Below, in pieces: positions 1 to 11,032 of a DNA stretch of 64,000 nt. The position numbers and the translations under genes were made by a program. How positions within the stretch are numbered: the stretch's first letter is position 1; every line of letters begins with the position of its first letter. The stretch is from a virus (Duplodnaviria > Caudoviricetes), in IMG/VR virus record IMGVR_UViG_3300020047_001061, positions 8,564 to 72,563 of that record, one strand, 5' to 3'. Below the pieces are notes generated by a model, which had not been told where the DNA came from, searched no databases, and saw only the letters and a program-made list of their open reading frames with translations.

Positions 1-345
1 AATCTGCCCCCATTGGCCCAAAAGCTGAACATAGGATTCTTGAGCGTTGTACCCAAAGGCAGACATTGCAGTAAAAATGAAATAGGCCACAAAGATGGCT
101 ATAAGGGCCATAGGGCGAATATTCTTGGACAGCCAAGAGTCAGACCCCATGTCTGCTTTCCAACGGTCTGTGATGCTTGTTTGCTCCACCTCAAATAGCT
201 TGGTGTCGTTAGCCATCTTTGCCAACTCACCGTCTTGCGCCATCTTTGCCAACTCCATTTGTGCTTTGGCTTTGGCTTCTGGATCGGGCACTAGCTTGTC
301 AATCAGCTTGCCACCCACTTCAAGTAATGCGGTTAATGGAAACAT
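1..345 (-). CDS. Holin-like membrane protein (3' end outside window), copy A
   Basis: ATG at 345 overlaps the upstream TGA; my translation MFPLTALLEVGGKLIDKLVPDPEAKAKAQMELAKMAQDGELAKMANDTK matches the N-terminus of 52252-52716; open to window edge so absent from the ORF track. Confidence 0.65.
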   Translation of the reverse strand, partial: MFPLTALLEVGGKLIDKLVPDPEAKAKAQMELAKMAQDGELAKMANDTKLFEVEQTSITDRWKADMGSDSWLSKNIRPMALIAIFVAYFIFTAMSAFGYNAQESYVQLLGQWGQI

Positions 346-962
346 CAGTTACCTCTCTTGGTTAACATTGCGCTGGCGATCTCCAGCATGAATTTAATCT
401 GCTCAAGGTTCTCAGGCTGCTGTGTCCAGCCAACAGTAATCTGCCCAACAAACCTGTGGCTGTCTGGTGGGACACTTACCCGGCAAGTAAACCCAACGCC
501 CTTTTCGATGTACCACAGCCCAACCTCAGACTGAGCATATCGATACTCAGAGCAAGGAATCTCATTGGTCATCAACTTGATTACATCGGCATTGTTGGCT
601 GAGTTCTGGCTGAACAGGCCAACATCAATGTCCTCAATGGTTTTATCCCTGCCATCTTTGGTGTATGCCTTGTACAGCACACGGCTGTTAAACAAAGGGT
701 TAACCTTGAAGATGGCTACCACCGTAGCACCGGTCTTCTTGAACAGCATTGCACTGGCGTCATCGGCACGGCCTGTGTTGATCTCGGGCAGCTTCTTGGA
801 TTCTTTGTAGGCATCAAACATGAACTCTTGGTTCTGCCACATGAAGTAACCAGCAAAAGCCACAATGCCCATGATAAGGATGGCAAACAACTTAAAAGGC
901 GAGTCCACATACCCGAGAACTTTGTCTAGGGTTGTATTGGCGTTTAGTTTCTCGTCACTCAT
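345..962 (-). CDS. Lysis-region membrane protein, N-terminal TM plus soluble C-terminal domain (T4 holin T-like?), copy A
   Basis: Hydrophobic stretch FKLFAILIMGIVAFAGYFMW; highly similar to 51641-52252; sits directly upstream of holin. Confidence 0.6.
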   Translation of the reverse strand: MSDEKLNANTTLDKVLGYVDSPFKLFAILIMGIVAFAGYFMWQNQEFMFDAYKESKKLPEINTGRADDASAMLFKKTGATVVAIFKVNPLFNSRVLYKAYTKDGRDKTIEDIDVGLFSQNSANNADVIKLMTNEIPCSEYRYAQSEVGLWYIEKGVGFTCRVSVPPDSHRFVGQITVGWTQQPENLEQIKFMLEIASAMLTKRGN

Positions 963-1405
963 CTCAAGTGCAGCATGTACAAGACGATGCCGTAAACGAT
1001 CAAACCAGCAAGAATAAATGCTGCTATGCCAATGACGATATATTCAGTCAGCCTTGCCAGTTTTTCTTGCCGTCTAAGTGCTTCACGGGCAGCAGCTTCT
1101 TTTGCTTCTCTGCGTTTACGAGCAGCGGCGGCTTGGAACTTAACCCAATCGTCCCACATGCCCGGACGACCAGCGTAGACCATACGCTCACGCAATTCTT
1201 CTTCCTGCTGCCTGAGTCGCTCCAACGCCATGAATTCTTCCATGTCGGAGCCGCCACCTTTCTTGGTGGCCTTTTCTTGGATTGCCGCCTTGTTGTCAAA
1301 GTAGTCAAAGACTCTTGACCCAAGCTGGTGCAACTCCTTGCCATTGGCAAGAGCAGCTTTGATAACCGCAAAAGCAGCATTGGCGGCAGCAATTTCTGCA
1401 ATCAT
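959..1405 (-). CDS. Hypothetical coiled-coil protein with C-terminal TM, copy A
   Basis: Homologous to 51198-51644; ATGA overlaps at both ends. Confidence 0.7.
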   Translation of the reverse strand: MIAEIAAANAAFAVIKAALANGKELHQLGSRVFDYFDNKAAIQEKATKKGGGSDMEEFMALERLRQQEEELRERMVYAGRPGMWDDWVKFQAAAARKRREAKEAAAREALRRQEKLARLTEYIVIGIAAFILAGLIVYGIVLYMLHLR

Positions 1406-1494
1406 CGCAATACCTCAACAACAACTTTAACGGTCCAAATAACAATACAAACAATCAAAATTGCCGCGACAAGAGCCTCGGCAAACTCTCTCAT
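1402..1494 (-). CDS. 30-aa single-TM peptide, copy A
   Basis: MREFAEALVAAILIVCIVIWTVKVVVEVLR; ATGA overlaps on both sides; conserved at 51109-51201. Confidence 0.65.
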   Translation of the reverse strand: MREFAEALVAAILIVCIVIWTVKVVVEVLR

Positions 1495-1670
1495 TTTAGT
1501 ATCCAAACGGCAGAAAAGATCGTGCCAGCCATTGACGCAATCATTAGGCCAGCAGTCTTCATCATGATGCCCTCAATGCGCTTTAATCGTGCATTGATCT
1601 GCTCGTAACGAATAGCACAGACTTCTTCGTGGGTGGATAGCCTCGCCTCAGTAGCGTTAATCGTGCTCAT
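1491..1670 (-). CDS. Small coiled-coil plus C-terminal TM protein, copy A
   Basis: MSTINATEARLSTHEEVCAIRYEQINARLKRIEG; homologue at 50933-51112; start taken at MSTIN. Confidence 0.65.
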   Translation of the reverse strand: MSTINATEARLSTHEEVCAIRYEQINARLKRIEGIMMKTAGLMIASMAGTIFSAVWILK

Positions 1671-2713
1671 TTCATCCATTCCTTATTGGCAAGTAGTCTG
1701 GGGTCTTTGGGCTTGAATTTTAAAGCCTCGTCCAATTCTTGTCTTGCCTTGTCTTTGTAACCCAAATGCCAAGCAGCAATGCTACAAAGATCGTGTGGCT
1801 TGTCAGTCCACGCAGCCGGGTCCATTGTGTAAACCTCTAGCTTTTCTGTGATTTTTAACGCTCTGTTGGCTGCAAAATAGCAGGTTTCCCAATCATGAAT
1901 GTTATAGCAAAACATGGCGTAATCCACCCACGGCTCGCGGGTATTAGATTCTTCAAGGCAAGCGCCTTGATACCACTTCGCAGCCTCTTTAATCTCGCCT
2001 AGACTTTCATGTGACTTACCTAACAGCCGCATGGCATAGCATCGCTCATGGCTCCAACTGGCTTGGGGCATAGCCAAATATTTTTTAAGTGCTGGAATAG
2101 CTTCTTTCCACTGCGCGTAAAAAGTCAACTCCCTAGCGTAATAAAAAGCATTTCGGTGGCAATGCGGGTCTTCTTTGACCGCTAACTCAAGCAACGGCAG
2201 ATACTGGCTTCGTGACTTTGTTTCGTCAGGATGGTGGCTGACAAGCAGCATATCCGTGTGTGCGTACACCTCGGGGATTCTGTTGTCAGCCCGGATGTAC
2301 TCATGGATTGGATGATGCCAATGGTAGCCGTAGCGATGGTGTATTTTCTCGCTGTAGAACACGACCCCGTTGCTCCAATCGAACTTGTAGCGCAGACGGG
2401 TTGTATCTGTTGCCCATACACGTTCAATCTCTTTTCGCCATCCCGGTTCTAGCACTTCGTCTAGGTCTAGCGAGATGCAGATGTCAATGTCAGGCGGCAG
2501 CAAGGCAAGGGCAGCATCTCTGGCTTTGTCAAAACGCCAAGGCTTTACGCATATCTCAAACACTCTAGCGCCAGCGTTCATCGCCAACTGAACCGTGTCG
2601 TCAGTTGAGCCAGTGTCGGCAATGACAATCAAATCAGCATCTTTGGCTGAAGCACAAAATCTTTTGACAAAATGCGCTTCGTTTTTGCTGATGGCGTAGA
2701 CGGCTATTTTCAT
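1667..2713 (-). CDS. Glycosyltransferase family 2 with C-terminal TPR repeats, copy A
   Basis: DTGSTD and SLDLDE (DxD) GT-A motifs; helical TPR-like C-terminus; homologue at 49843-50946. Confidence 0.85.
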   Translation of the reverse strand: MKIAVYAISKNEAHFVKRFCASAKDADLIVIADTGSTDDTVQLAMNAGARVFEICVKPWRFDKARDAALALLPPDIDICISLDLDEVLEPGWRKEIERVWATDTTRLRYKFDWSNGVVFYSEKIHHRYGYHWHHPIHEYIRADNRIPEVYAHTDMLLVSHHPDETKSRSQYLPLLELAVKEDPHCHRNAFYYARELTFYAQWKEAIPALKKYLAMPQASWSHERCYAMRLLGKSHESLGEIKEAAKWYQGACLEESNTREPWVDYAMFCYNIHDWETCYFAANRALKITEKLEVYTMDPAAWTDKPHDLCSIAAWHLGYKDKARQELDEALKFKPKDPRLLANKEWMK

Positions 2714-2715
2714 AC

Positions 2716-2979
2716 TTAACAGTCTTGAGCGTCCTCAAAGCCGACTTGCAGCTTCAGGTCAGCATACAGACCGTCCATCAAGTTACCTTGTGGGGTAGCG
2801 CAGTAGAAAGCGTGTTGTGCCACTTCCTGTGCGTTTGCTTCACGAGCATCGGCATTGGCAGACACTGACACTTGGTATTGCATCTGATCTTTGTTGCCAA
2901 AGATGTTGGTGATACGGGCGTATGCGTCTGTGAAAGGAACGCCTACGTTGCTTGTGGGGATAGAGATTTTCAGAGCCAT
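2716..2979 (-). CDS. Hypothetical protein, fibre region
   Basis: 87-aa ORF tightly packed in late operon. Confidence 0.6.
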   Translation of the reverse strand: MALKISIPTSNVGVPFTDAYARITNIFGNKDQMQYQVSVSANADAREANAQEVAQHAFYCATPQGNLMDGLYADLKLQVGFEDAQDC

Positions 2980-4127
2980 TAGAAGGTCACCTCAGTTGTT
3001 TCGATTTTGCACACCCAGCGGATTGTGGTTGCTGCTGCGCCAGTAACAGTTACTGCAATGCCGCCGTTGGTGGTGTCAGCCGTAACAGCAACGGCCCACG
3101 TAACAGCGCCAACGTCCTGTGCGATAACAATTGGAGTCACAGCCGCAACTAAAGTAGTGGATGCAGCGTTAGCGCCGCGCTTGATTGCACCCTCAAACTT
3201 CCATGAGGAAGTGTCGCCAGCCGCAGTTCTTGCTGCAATGACAGTGCCTTGGAATGTGTAGGCGCTGTTGTTGGGTAGAATGACTTGGTTGGTTGTAGAT
3301 GCGGCAGATGTGTTGCTTGCCAGTACAGTTGCGGTTGCATCTGTGGTTTGACGACCCAACAATAGCGTTGCAAGTTGTTGCCTGCCTGCTGATGAAGCAA
3401 TAGGGCTACTACTTGCAGAGGCAACAAAATTTCCAATAATAGCCCTTGTTATGCCATAAGCACCACCAATAACCACACTTCTTTCAGAATTTGCTAGATT
3501 GTTTGAGCCGCCAACAACAACAGTATTTGAATCACTTGTTGTGTTGCTTGAACCAGCAAAGACACCAGAATTAAAGCCGCTTGCTGTGTTATTTTGACCT
3601 CCAACAATAGCAGAATAAAAACTACTTGCTGAGTTAGTTACACCACCACCAATAAAATTACTTATTCCTTGAGCAGCGTTATTGTTGCCACCTACGACAA
3701 CAGAATAATTATTGACCGCAGAAAGCGATCCCTTATTTAATGAAATCCAACCAGTAGCAAGCGAACCGCTTGCAGTTCCAAAAGAAATATTTTGTTTTGA
3801 ATAAACAAGAATTATTGATTCTGCTTGGCCTAATGTCATTAAAGGTTGAGTTGTCCCATCCCCGCTTGTATCAGATGAATAAATATCAATTTTTTGCGGG
3901 TTTCCACTATATTGCTGATTAACAATGGTTATTTGCTTTCCTTCAATAGGTGCTGTTGGCAAATACAATCTAATTGTGGTAGTGCTTGCGCCAGTACGAA
4001 ATACTTGAATAGGAGCGCAATCATCTGGCAAAGATACTGAACGAACAGCAGATGTACTTGCAAATGCCCTAAAGAAATCCCGCACCTGAATTGCAGGTGT
4101 GTTTTCGGATGAAAAGCTCGTAAACAT
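2979..4127 (-). CDS. Putative tail fibre / adhesin with ~14-aa beta-roll repeats
   Basis: Repeats SVVVGGNNNAAQG, NFIGGGVTNSASS, SAIVGGQNNTASG, TVVVGGSNNLANS resemble YadA-head-type repeats; position in fibre block. Confidence 0.6.
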   Translation of the reverse strand: MFTSFSSENTPAIQVRDFFRAFASTSAVRSVSLPDDCAPIQVFRTGASTTTIRLYLPTAPIEGKQITIVNQQYSGNPQKIDIYSSDTSGDGTTQPLMTLGQAESIILVYSKQNISFGTASGSLATGWISLNKGSLSAVNNYSVVVGGNNNAAQGISNFIGGGVTNSASSFYSAIVGGQNNTASGFNSGVFAGSSNTTSDSNTVVVGGSNNLANSERSVVIGGAYGITRAIIGNFVASASSSPIASSAGRQQLATLLLGRQTTDATATVLASNTSAASTTNQVILPNNSAYTFQGTVIAARTAAGDTSSWKFEGAIKRGANAASTTLVAAVTPIVIAQDVGAVTWAVAVTADTTNGGIAVTVTGAAATTIRWVCKIETTEVTF

Positions 4128-4570
4128 CAGTAGTCCCCACCAATAGCAGTCAGGTGGAATCCTGCCGCTACTGCTGTGCCGAATGTGGCATACACACGAT
4201 AACCTGCTGCCAAACTAATGTTCAAAGGCAAGATGATGTCAGGCTGTTCTGCTGTTTGCGATACAGTAGTCGCCGACAGTGTTCGCTCAAGATACAGCGT
4301 GTTGTTGGCTGCTGTAGTTGTGGCTGCGCCGTTGTTGATCCAGATTCGGATTACAGTTGCCACGTTAGTGCCAAGCGCCCTGACTTTTATGAAGTCAAGC
4401 CGTGAGCCATCAGTGGCATCAGCCGTAAAGATCGGGCCGTAGTTTGTGCCTGTTGTCAGGTCAGTGGTTGTGTTTGCATCTCGACCGGGAGTACCTGCGG
4501 TCGCGGCTGTTCCGCTTACCCACAATACTTCAGGAACTAAGGGGAAAATAGGGTTTGTGTTCTGTGCCAT
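4127..4570 (-). CDS. Hypothetical virion protein
   Basis: 147-aa Thr/Ala-rich ORF between fibre genes. Confidence 0.6.
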   Translation of the reverse strand: MAQNTNPIFPLVPEVLWVSGTAATAGTPGRDANTTTDLTTGTNYGPIFTADATDGSRLDFIKVRALGTNVATVIRIWINNGAATTTAANNTLYLERTLSATTVSQTAEQPDIILPLNISLAAGYRVYATFGTAVAAGFHLTAIGGDY

Positions 4571-5499
<929 letters not shown>

Positions 5500-5503
<4 letters not shown>

Positions 5504-5988
5504 ACAACCACGATGCCATCAGAGCGAACAAGGAACAGCAAAAAGATAATGCTGTCATCTGCTGGAGTTGTGCCAGCCGCAGGGAATGACACCTTAACGC
5601 GACCAGAGTAACCAACGCAGCTTTGAGCGTTAATGTCCAACTGCGGGTCAGTAGTCATCAAGCCCCATGCAGTTGAATCAATCACCAATGTGCAAGTGCC
5701 AGCGGCATCAACGCGATTGCTGATCGTCAGTGAAATTGGAGTTGGTGTTGGCGTGTAATCTGCGATGTCAAACGTCAGACCGTTGCGAGTGTCTTGAATG
5801 TTTGTAACGCTACGCCGAACAATTTGCGCTGTGATTGTTGCGCCCGTCAAATCTAGCGGCAAACCAGAGTTTGAGTTTGTAAAAGACAAGTTCCAAAAGG
5901 TGTTCTGGTTGTATACCAGTTCGCCAGCAAGGATTGGATTGTCAAAGCCGCTGACCTGCGCCAGAGTGTTTTTGTTGAAGATAGCCAT
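5500..5988 (-). CDS. Baseplate/fibre-anchor (BppU N-terminal-like) protein, copy A
   Basis: [15 protein letters not shown] motif typical of BppU-like domains; homologue at 43034-43516. Confidence 0.6.
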
Positions 5989-6069
5989 AACAGTTCCCTG
6001 TTCTCAGGTGGTGACGCTCCCTATGTACTCACAGGGCTACGGATGCTGTCTTGTATATGGAATATTATC

Positions 6070-6348
6070 TCAGAATTTTCTTTCTGCAAAGACGTTTACA
6101 AAAACAGTGTTGTCTTCCAGCGCTTCAATCTCGTGCCACTCATTTGCGACAAGGTTTACGGGCTGCGTGTCTTTGGTCATCACCAAACTGCGGCGCTCAT
6201 TGCTGACTCTTACGGAGCCAGCGTGACACATTGTCAGGTGCGAAAACGTGTGGCTGTGTTTAGGCAAACCCTCGCCTATCGCTGCATGGTAAACATTCAG
6301 CGTTGCGCCGTCTTAAGTGACAGTGAACCGAAGGGTTGCGGGGGTCAC
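6070..6348 (-). pseudogene. Cupin-fold protein interrupted by in-frame TAA at codon 12
   Basis: GTG at 6348 overlaps upstream TGA (GTGA); reads VTPATLRFTVT*DGATLNVYHAAIGEGLPKHSH; cupin motifs HSH...H and HEIEA; TAA at 6313-6315. Confidence 0.6.
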
Positions 6349-6596
6349 AGTGTCTGCGCTCCGTCTATAACGGGCTGTACTTGCTCTGACGGTGCAACGT
6401 ACTCCGCAATTGAACCGTATGTGCCAGAAACAATGTCAGCAAAAATGGCGCGGCCATGTGCTTCTGAGTCGTTCTGGCTTGCTGTAAACGGCAAAATTTC
6501 AATTCCAAATTGACTGGTCGTGATTTCGCAGTCAATGGTTGTGTGCTCTGCGTTTGACCAACGAGGGTTAGACAGTGATGTTAGATGTGCTTGCAT
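6345..6596 (-). CDS. Tail fibre assembly/chaperone-like protein
   Basis: NPRWSNAEHTTIDCEI...PFTAS.ND.EAHGRAIF pattern common downstream of phage fibre genes. Confidence 0.6.
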   Translation of the reverse strand: MQAHLTSLSNPRWSNAEHTTIDCEITTSQFGIEILPFTASQNDSEAHGRAIFADIVSGTYGSIAEYVAPSEQVQPVIDGAQTL

Positions 6597-6605
6597 GATT
6601 ACTCC

Positions 6606-7256
6606 TTATGAAATACGCAGCCACAAGGCAATGCCTACCAAGTCGCCATTGTTGTATGTGTAGTCCGTCATGGCTCTCCAAGTCCCCGACAAGGCAGCGC
6701 CGTATGGCATAGTGTTGGCTACATTGATAATCCCGACCATAGCAGACTGACGACGGAGAGCGCTGCCAGCAAGGGTGTTACCTGCTGAAACGTCACCCCC
6801 AGTAAGACCGGCCCTGCTCGCTAACGCGTATGTTCCCACAGCGCCAAAAGAAGCACCTGCTGTTGCGGCCAAAACTGTTGCAGTTGTAGGGGCTACGGCT
6901 GCCGTAGTTTGCGTGGTGGCATCGCTAAAAGTTATGCCATTGGTAAAAGTCTTTGTGCCGCCAATTGTTTGATTACCCGTTGTGTACACACCGTTTGTAA
7001 CTGTGGTTGCATTGGTAGCTGTTGCAGCATTGCCAGAGATTGCAATAGGCCAAGTGCCAGAAGCGCCCGTACCCGTTGGGCTAGGAACATCAGTACCGAT
7101 AGCAACACCAAGGTTTGTTCTTGCTGCTGTTGCGGTAGATGCTCCTGTGCCACCGTTCGTCACAGGCACAGCGTTTACCAACCCGTCAGTCGCATCTAGT
7201 TGGCCTGAAGTGTTCAGGTTGTTTGCAAGTTGCGAAAGGTTAAATGCTTGAGTCAT
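6606..7256 (-). CDS. Short tail fibre protein
   Basis: VPVTNGGTGASTATAARTNLG fibre motif; C-terminal GAVGTYA...LSGTWRAM...LWLRIS tip-type motif. Confidence 0.7.
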   Translation of the reverse strand: MTQAFNLSQLANNLNTSGQLDATDGLVNAVPVTNGGTGASTATAARTNLGVAIGTDVPSPTGTGASGTWPIAISGNAATATNATTVTNGVYTTGNQTIGGTKTFTNGITFSDATTQTTAAVAPTTATVLAATAGASFGAVGTYALASRAGLTGGDVSAGNTLAGSALRRQSAMVGIINVANTMPYGAALSGTWRAMTDYTYNNGDLVGIALWLRIS

Positions 7257-7265
7257 GTTATATCC

Positions 7266-10200
7266 TTATGCAGCGCCAATTCTGGCAAATGTTTGCTGGT
7301 TAAGCAATGTGAAATTATTGTCAAACGCTGTTGTCAAATTATAGTTTGAACTACTTGCGGTGTAGTCATATCCGGAACCTTTGGTCAACAAAACGCCATT
7401 TGCATAAATTTCCATTGCCAACGGGTTGCTGGCAAAAATGTATGTCAAAGCGCCATTAACTGAATACGCAACAGTGTTTGTCACGTTAGATGCTGGAATG
7501 CCAAGGTTATTTTCAGCATACATGATGATGGTCATTTTGCCAGTTACGTTAGCTGGGAATCCTGTAATTGCATCTCCAGACAAGTCGTAATCAACTTCAT
7601 TAAACTGAGAGCCGTTGACATAGACTGATTCAAAACCATTACGAATGGTGAAGTCTGTTGGCGTATAAGTTGATACGTTGGTTAGATCAAACGTGTATCG
7701 GCTAAACGGACGGTATGCTGCACCAGCCGCACGCTTTCTAAACACGCCAAATCCAGCCGTAGCGCCAGAAATACTTGTTGTGAATGTGATGGTATTTGTA
7801 GACAAATTCACAGATTGGACAGTGAATGTTGTTGGCGTATCGGCAGAAGCTGGTTGAGTTGCCGCAAAACAAAGCAAATCACCGACCTCAATAATTTGAT
7901 CTGTTGGGTCGCCAAATACAATTGTGCTTGTCCCGCTTGATGTAATTGTTGTGCCAAGAACCTCGTAATATTGATTTGTGCTAACTGCTCTCATATTAAT
8001 GACAACAACAATTTCACCAGTAGCGCAAGCAGTTCCCATGACAACAGTGGTTGTTGTCTCGGTGTATTCCGATGTATCCAACAAAACGCCATCACGAAAA
8101 ACAAGAATATTGCCTACAACGTGTGTCACAGAAAATGATGTCTGACCGCTTGTTGCACTGAAAACAGTTTCCGAATAAAAGAATTCATCTGATTCAGTAA
8201 AGCCAACTACCCGACCATAAACGTCTACGGTCAACGTGGCAGCATTAAACGACTTTGAATAAACGCCAGACCCAAAGTTAAGGAACTTTTCTAACGACAC
8301 AACCATTGAGCCGCCAGTGTTGTTTGTCACATTCAACAAACCATCAGCAGAACTAATTGCAGTAGTGCCTGCTTTAGTTAACTGCCCAGTGCGCTCATCA
8401 AGGTCAATATAGTTCTGCCCATCTTCCAATGCACTCCAAACAGATGAGTCATATATAGATGTTTCTGACGGAACAAAAGTGCCGCCAAAATTTATAAAGC
8501 CAGCATTGCCCACTGCAAAACTAAATTTGCGATTAGAACGATTGGCAATCAACAAGTAATCCAACGTCCCAAAGCTGGCCGCATACCATGTGTAGTCAGC
8601 AGGGTTTGCGCTTCCGTTGGCTGTTGTGTTGTTAAACAAGCCGTAGTAAGTCTTTCCACGAGGATTAAGGCTAAAGCCAGATGTGCCCGTAGCGTTGTCA
8701 GCATAGGCCACTGCAATCCATCGTTCAACATACTGGAAAGTTGTTGGCCTCCAGTCAAACACAGCAGAAGCTGGAGAGTATTGACTCACAGCCGCTGGAT
8801 TGACTAGCCTATAAAACAAGTACCAATTGCCAGCAGGGATTTGCAATTCAACAGTTGGCAAAGTCTGTCCAACAACATAAGGCACACCATTGCTTGGAAT
8901 GCTTGTTGTGCCGCCAAGATAAATTTGAGATGCCGTTGGGCTGCTAAATGCTGAGTACCAGACCTCGGCATAAGTCACAAAGCCAGCAGTGCCCATGTAC
9001 GGTTGCACATTAAAACTTGGCAAAGCAGCCGATGGATACTGAGAAGCAATTGTTGGGGCTGGCAGCGTACCAAAAAATGCAGGGTCTGGAAGGTCTGTGT
9101 TTGCGGCAGCAGTGTATTTGGTTATATCTCTGTCATCGTAGACTTGCGCGTTGTATTCGTTCAACTCAAATGATGCGCCAAGGTTGCCATCAGGCAAAGA
9201 AATTTCTGCAACTTTCATTACTCGGAACAACTTAGCTGTCCAGCCGTATGAAGAATTGGTAATAGAAATCACATCACCAGCGTCCACCTGAATGCCTGTG
9301 TAAACGGTGCTAATGCTGACAATCAAATCTTCCCGCGCTTGCTCAAGAATGCGAGATGCCAAGTATTGAGCCTGAACAGAATCGTTGACCATCGACAACT
9401 GGATGGATTGCTTGTTAACTGGTTCATTTGGATACAGCAGAATAGCAGGAGTCTCGTAGTAAACAAAGTCTGACTGATCGCGGTTCTGCTTACTTGGAAA
9501 TTCTGCTTCAATTTGATTAACGCTGCTGGTGATGTCAAAAGCACTGACGCGAATTTCGCCAACAATGTTGCTGTCGTTGAAAGCGTAGCCAGTTGTTTCT
9601 GCTTTGTTGATGACAACGCTCCACTGCCCTAATGCTGCGTTGTATTGGTTCCAAGAATCACACGCAACCATAATTGCATTGATGTTGGTCAAGCAACTTT
9701 GCCCCGTATCAACAACACCGTTAATGCGATACCGGGCTTGCGTATATGAACTACCGCCTTCTGTGTAGGGGATTAAGCCATCGGAGTATGAATTCAACGC
9801 CGTTGCAGAAGATGCGTTAACAATGTTTGTCGACATTGCTGCGCCATACAACTCGTTGGTCATGTAGTCATACCAAACATCACCGGGCTTTGCTGCACCA
9901 GTGCCGTTCAAATATTGACTTGCTTTAAATGTCAACGTCTGCATGCCAGTTGTTTCGGCATCGCGGTTGTAGTTAAGTTTGACAATAGCAAAAGCCAAGC
10001 CATTCATTTGACGGCCAGAAGATGCCCAACGAGTTTCAACAGGAATGTCACTTCCACCCATAAACGTGGATGGCAAAGAAGCCCCGTTTGTGGATGTGAT
10101 AACACCACCGTCTGTTGATTTGTACAAAGCAATATACAAATTGCCGCTGACTTTCCCATCTACGTTGCCAGCGCCATCAGTCAGGCTTACAACCTTAGTC

Positions 10201-10583
10201 TGGTCAGTGCCATCAAAAGTAATCTTGCGATCACCCCAATACATATTGCTTGTGTCAAAGCTAAACTGTCCATTGGGGCTTATGTGCGAGACAACCATGA
10301 CGTAATACATGGTTTTGGCATCAGTACTCAGTACAGCATCAATAAAGCGACCACCGCAATACGCATCGCCATAAATTACAGGAATGCTGTTTGTAGATGA
10401 AGGAGGAACTTGTTGGCGAACGCCGTTATCAATTGCTTGATTAGAACTGCTGTCAGGCGCAAAAGACCGTGAGATTAAAGTTGAAACAGCAAAGTTAATT
10501 GCAAACGCAGAAGCCGTCATTGCAAACGTAAAACCAGCAACTGCTGTTCCCGTTACATAAGCAACAATAAGTGACCCGACCAT
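7266..10583 (-). CDS. Central tail tip / host-specificity protein, copy A
   Basis: 1105 aa; RQQVPPS...IPVIYGDAY lambda J-like N-terminus; first ~600 aa homologous to 39813-42965. Confidence 0.8.
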   Translation of the reverse strand: MVGSLIVAYVTGTAVAGFTFAMTASAFAINFAVSTLISRSFAPDSSSNQAIDNGVRQQVPPSSTNSIPVIYGDAYCGGRFIDAVLSTDAKTMYYVMVVSHISPNGQFSFDTSNMYWGDRKITFDGTDQTKVVSLTDGAGNVDGKVSGNLYIALYKSTDGGVITSTNGASLPSTFMGGSDIPVETRWASSGRQMNGLAFAIVKLNYNRDAETTGMQTLTFKASQYLNGTGAAKPGDVWYDYMTNELYGAAMSTNIVNASSATALNSYSDGLIPYTEGGSSYTQARYRINGVVDTGQSCLTNINAIMVACDSWNQYNAALGQWSVVINKAETTGYAFNDSNIVGEIRVSAFDITSSVNQIEAEFPSKQNRDQSDFVYYETPAILLYPNEPVNKQSIQLSMVNDSVQAQYLASRILEQAREDLIVSISTVYTGIQVDAGDVISITNSSYGWTAKLFRVMKVAEISLPDGNLGASFELNEYNAQVYDDRDITKYTAAANTDLPDPAFFGTLPAPTIASQYPSAALPSFNVQPYMGTAGFVTYAEVWYSAFSSPTASQIYLGGTTSIPSNGVPYVVGQTLPTVELQIPAGNWYLFYRLVNPAAVSQYSPASAVFDWRPTTFQYVERWIAVAYADNATGTSGFSLNPRGKTYYGLFNNTTANGSANPADYTWYAASFGTLDYLLIANRSNRKFSFAVGNAGFINFGGTFVPSETSIYDSSVWSALEDGQNYIDLDERTGQLTKAGTTAISSADGLLNVTNNTGGSMVVSLEKFLNFGSGVYSKSFNAATLTVDVYGRVVGFTESDEFFYSETVFSATSGQTSFSVTHVVGNILVFRDGVLLDTSEYTETTTTVVMGTACATGEIVVVINMRAVSTNQYYEVLGTTITSSGTSTIVFGDPTDQIIEVGDLLCFAATQPASADTPTTFTVQSVNLSTNTITFTTSISGATAGFGVFRKRAAGAAYRPFSRYTFDLTNVSTYTPTDFTIRNGFESVYVNGSQFNEVDYDLSGDAITGFPANVTGKMTIIMYAENNLGIPASNVTNTVAYSVNGALTYIFASNPLAMEIYANGVLLTKGSGYDYTASSSNYNLTTAFDNNFTLLNQQTFARIGAA

Positions 10584-10585
10584 TT

Positions 10586-11032
10586 CTATTCCTTCACAAA
10601 ACTTGCACCAACAGCTTTGTAGCCACGCTTGGTGTAATCAATCAACGGGCCAGATGCCGACACTGAAGTTACCGAAAAGTGTATGTCGCCACGCTCCAGC
10701 ATTTCAGTGGCTTCTTGGTCAAACGCTTTCCACAGACGGCCACCGATTGTTCCGTTTCTGTACTCAGGCTCAACCCACCAAAGCAACTCATTCAATTCTC
10801 TCACCTTTGGACACCAGATGTTTGGGTTTTTTATGCCAATGATTGCGCCACGCATATGGTTGTCAATGTAAACAAACCCGCGCCCCATGATGATGCCAAA
10901 CAACAAGCTCTCAACATACTTGGGGTCATGGTTTATCTGCTTGCCCAAGGCTGTAATTGGATTCTCAAAGGCATATGCCTCAACAATTTCAAGCAGCCGA
11001 GGAATGTCGTATCTTGTCGCTTTTCTTATCAT
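10586..11032 (-). CDS. GNAT-fold acetyltransferase-like protein in tail operon, copy A
   Basis: MIRKAT..DI start and WVEPEYRNGTIGGRL motif-A-like segment. Confidence 0.6.
   Translation of the reverse strand: MIRKATRYDIPRLLEIVEAYAFENPITALGKQINHDPKYVESLLFGIIMGRGFVYIDNHMRGAIIGIKNPNIWCPKVRELNELLWWVEPEYRNGTIGGRLWKAFDQEATEMLERGDIHFSVTSVSASGPLIDYTKRGYKAVGASFVKE

Noticed and set aside
6313-6315. Stop-codon reassignment to explain the in-frame TAA
   Set aside because: TAA, TAG and TGA all terminate well-supported genes elsewhere; this is a single case.
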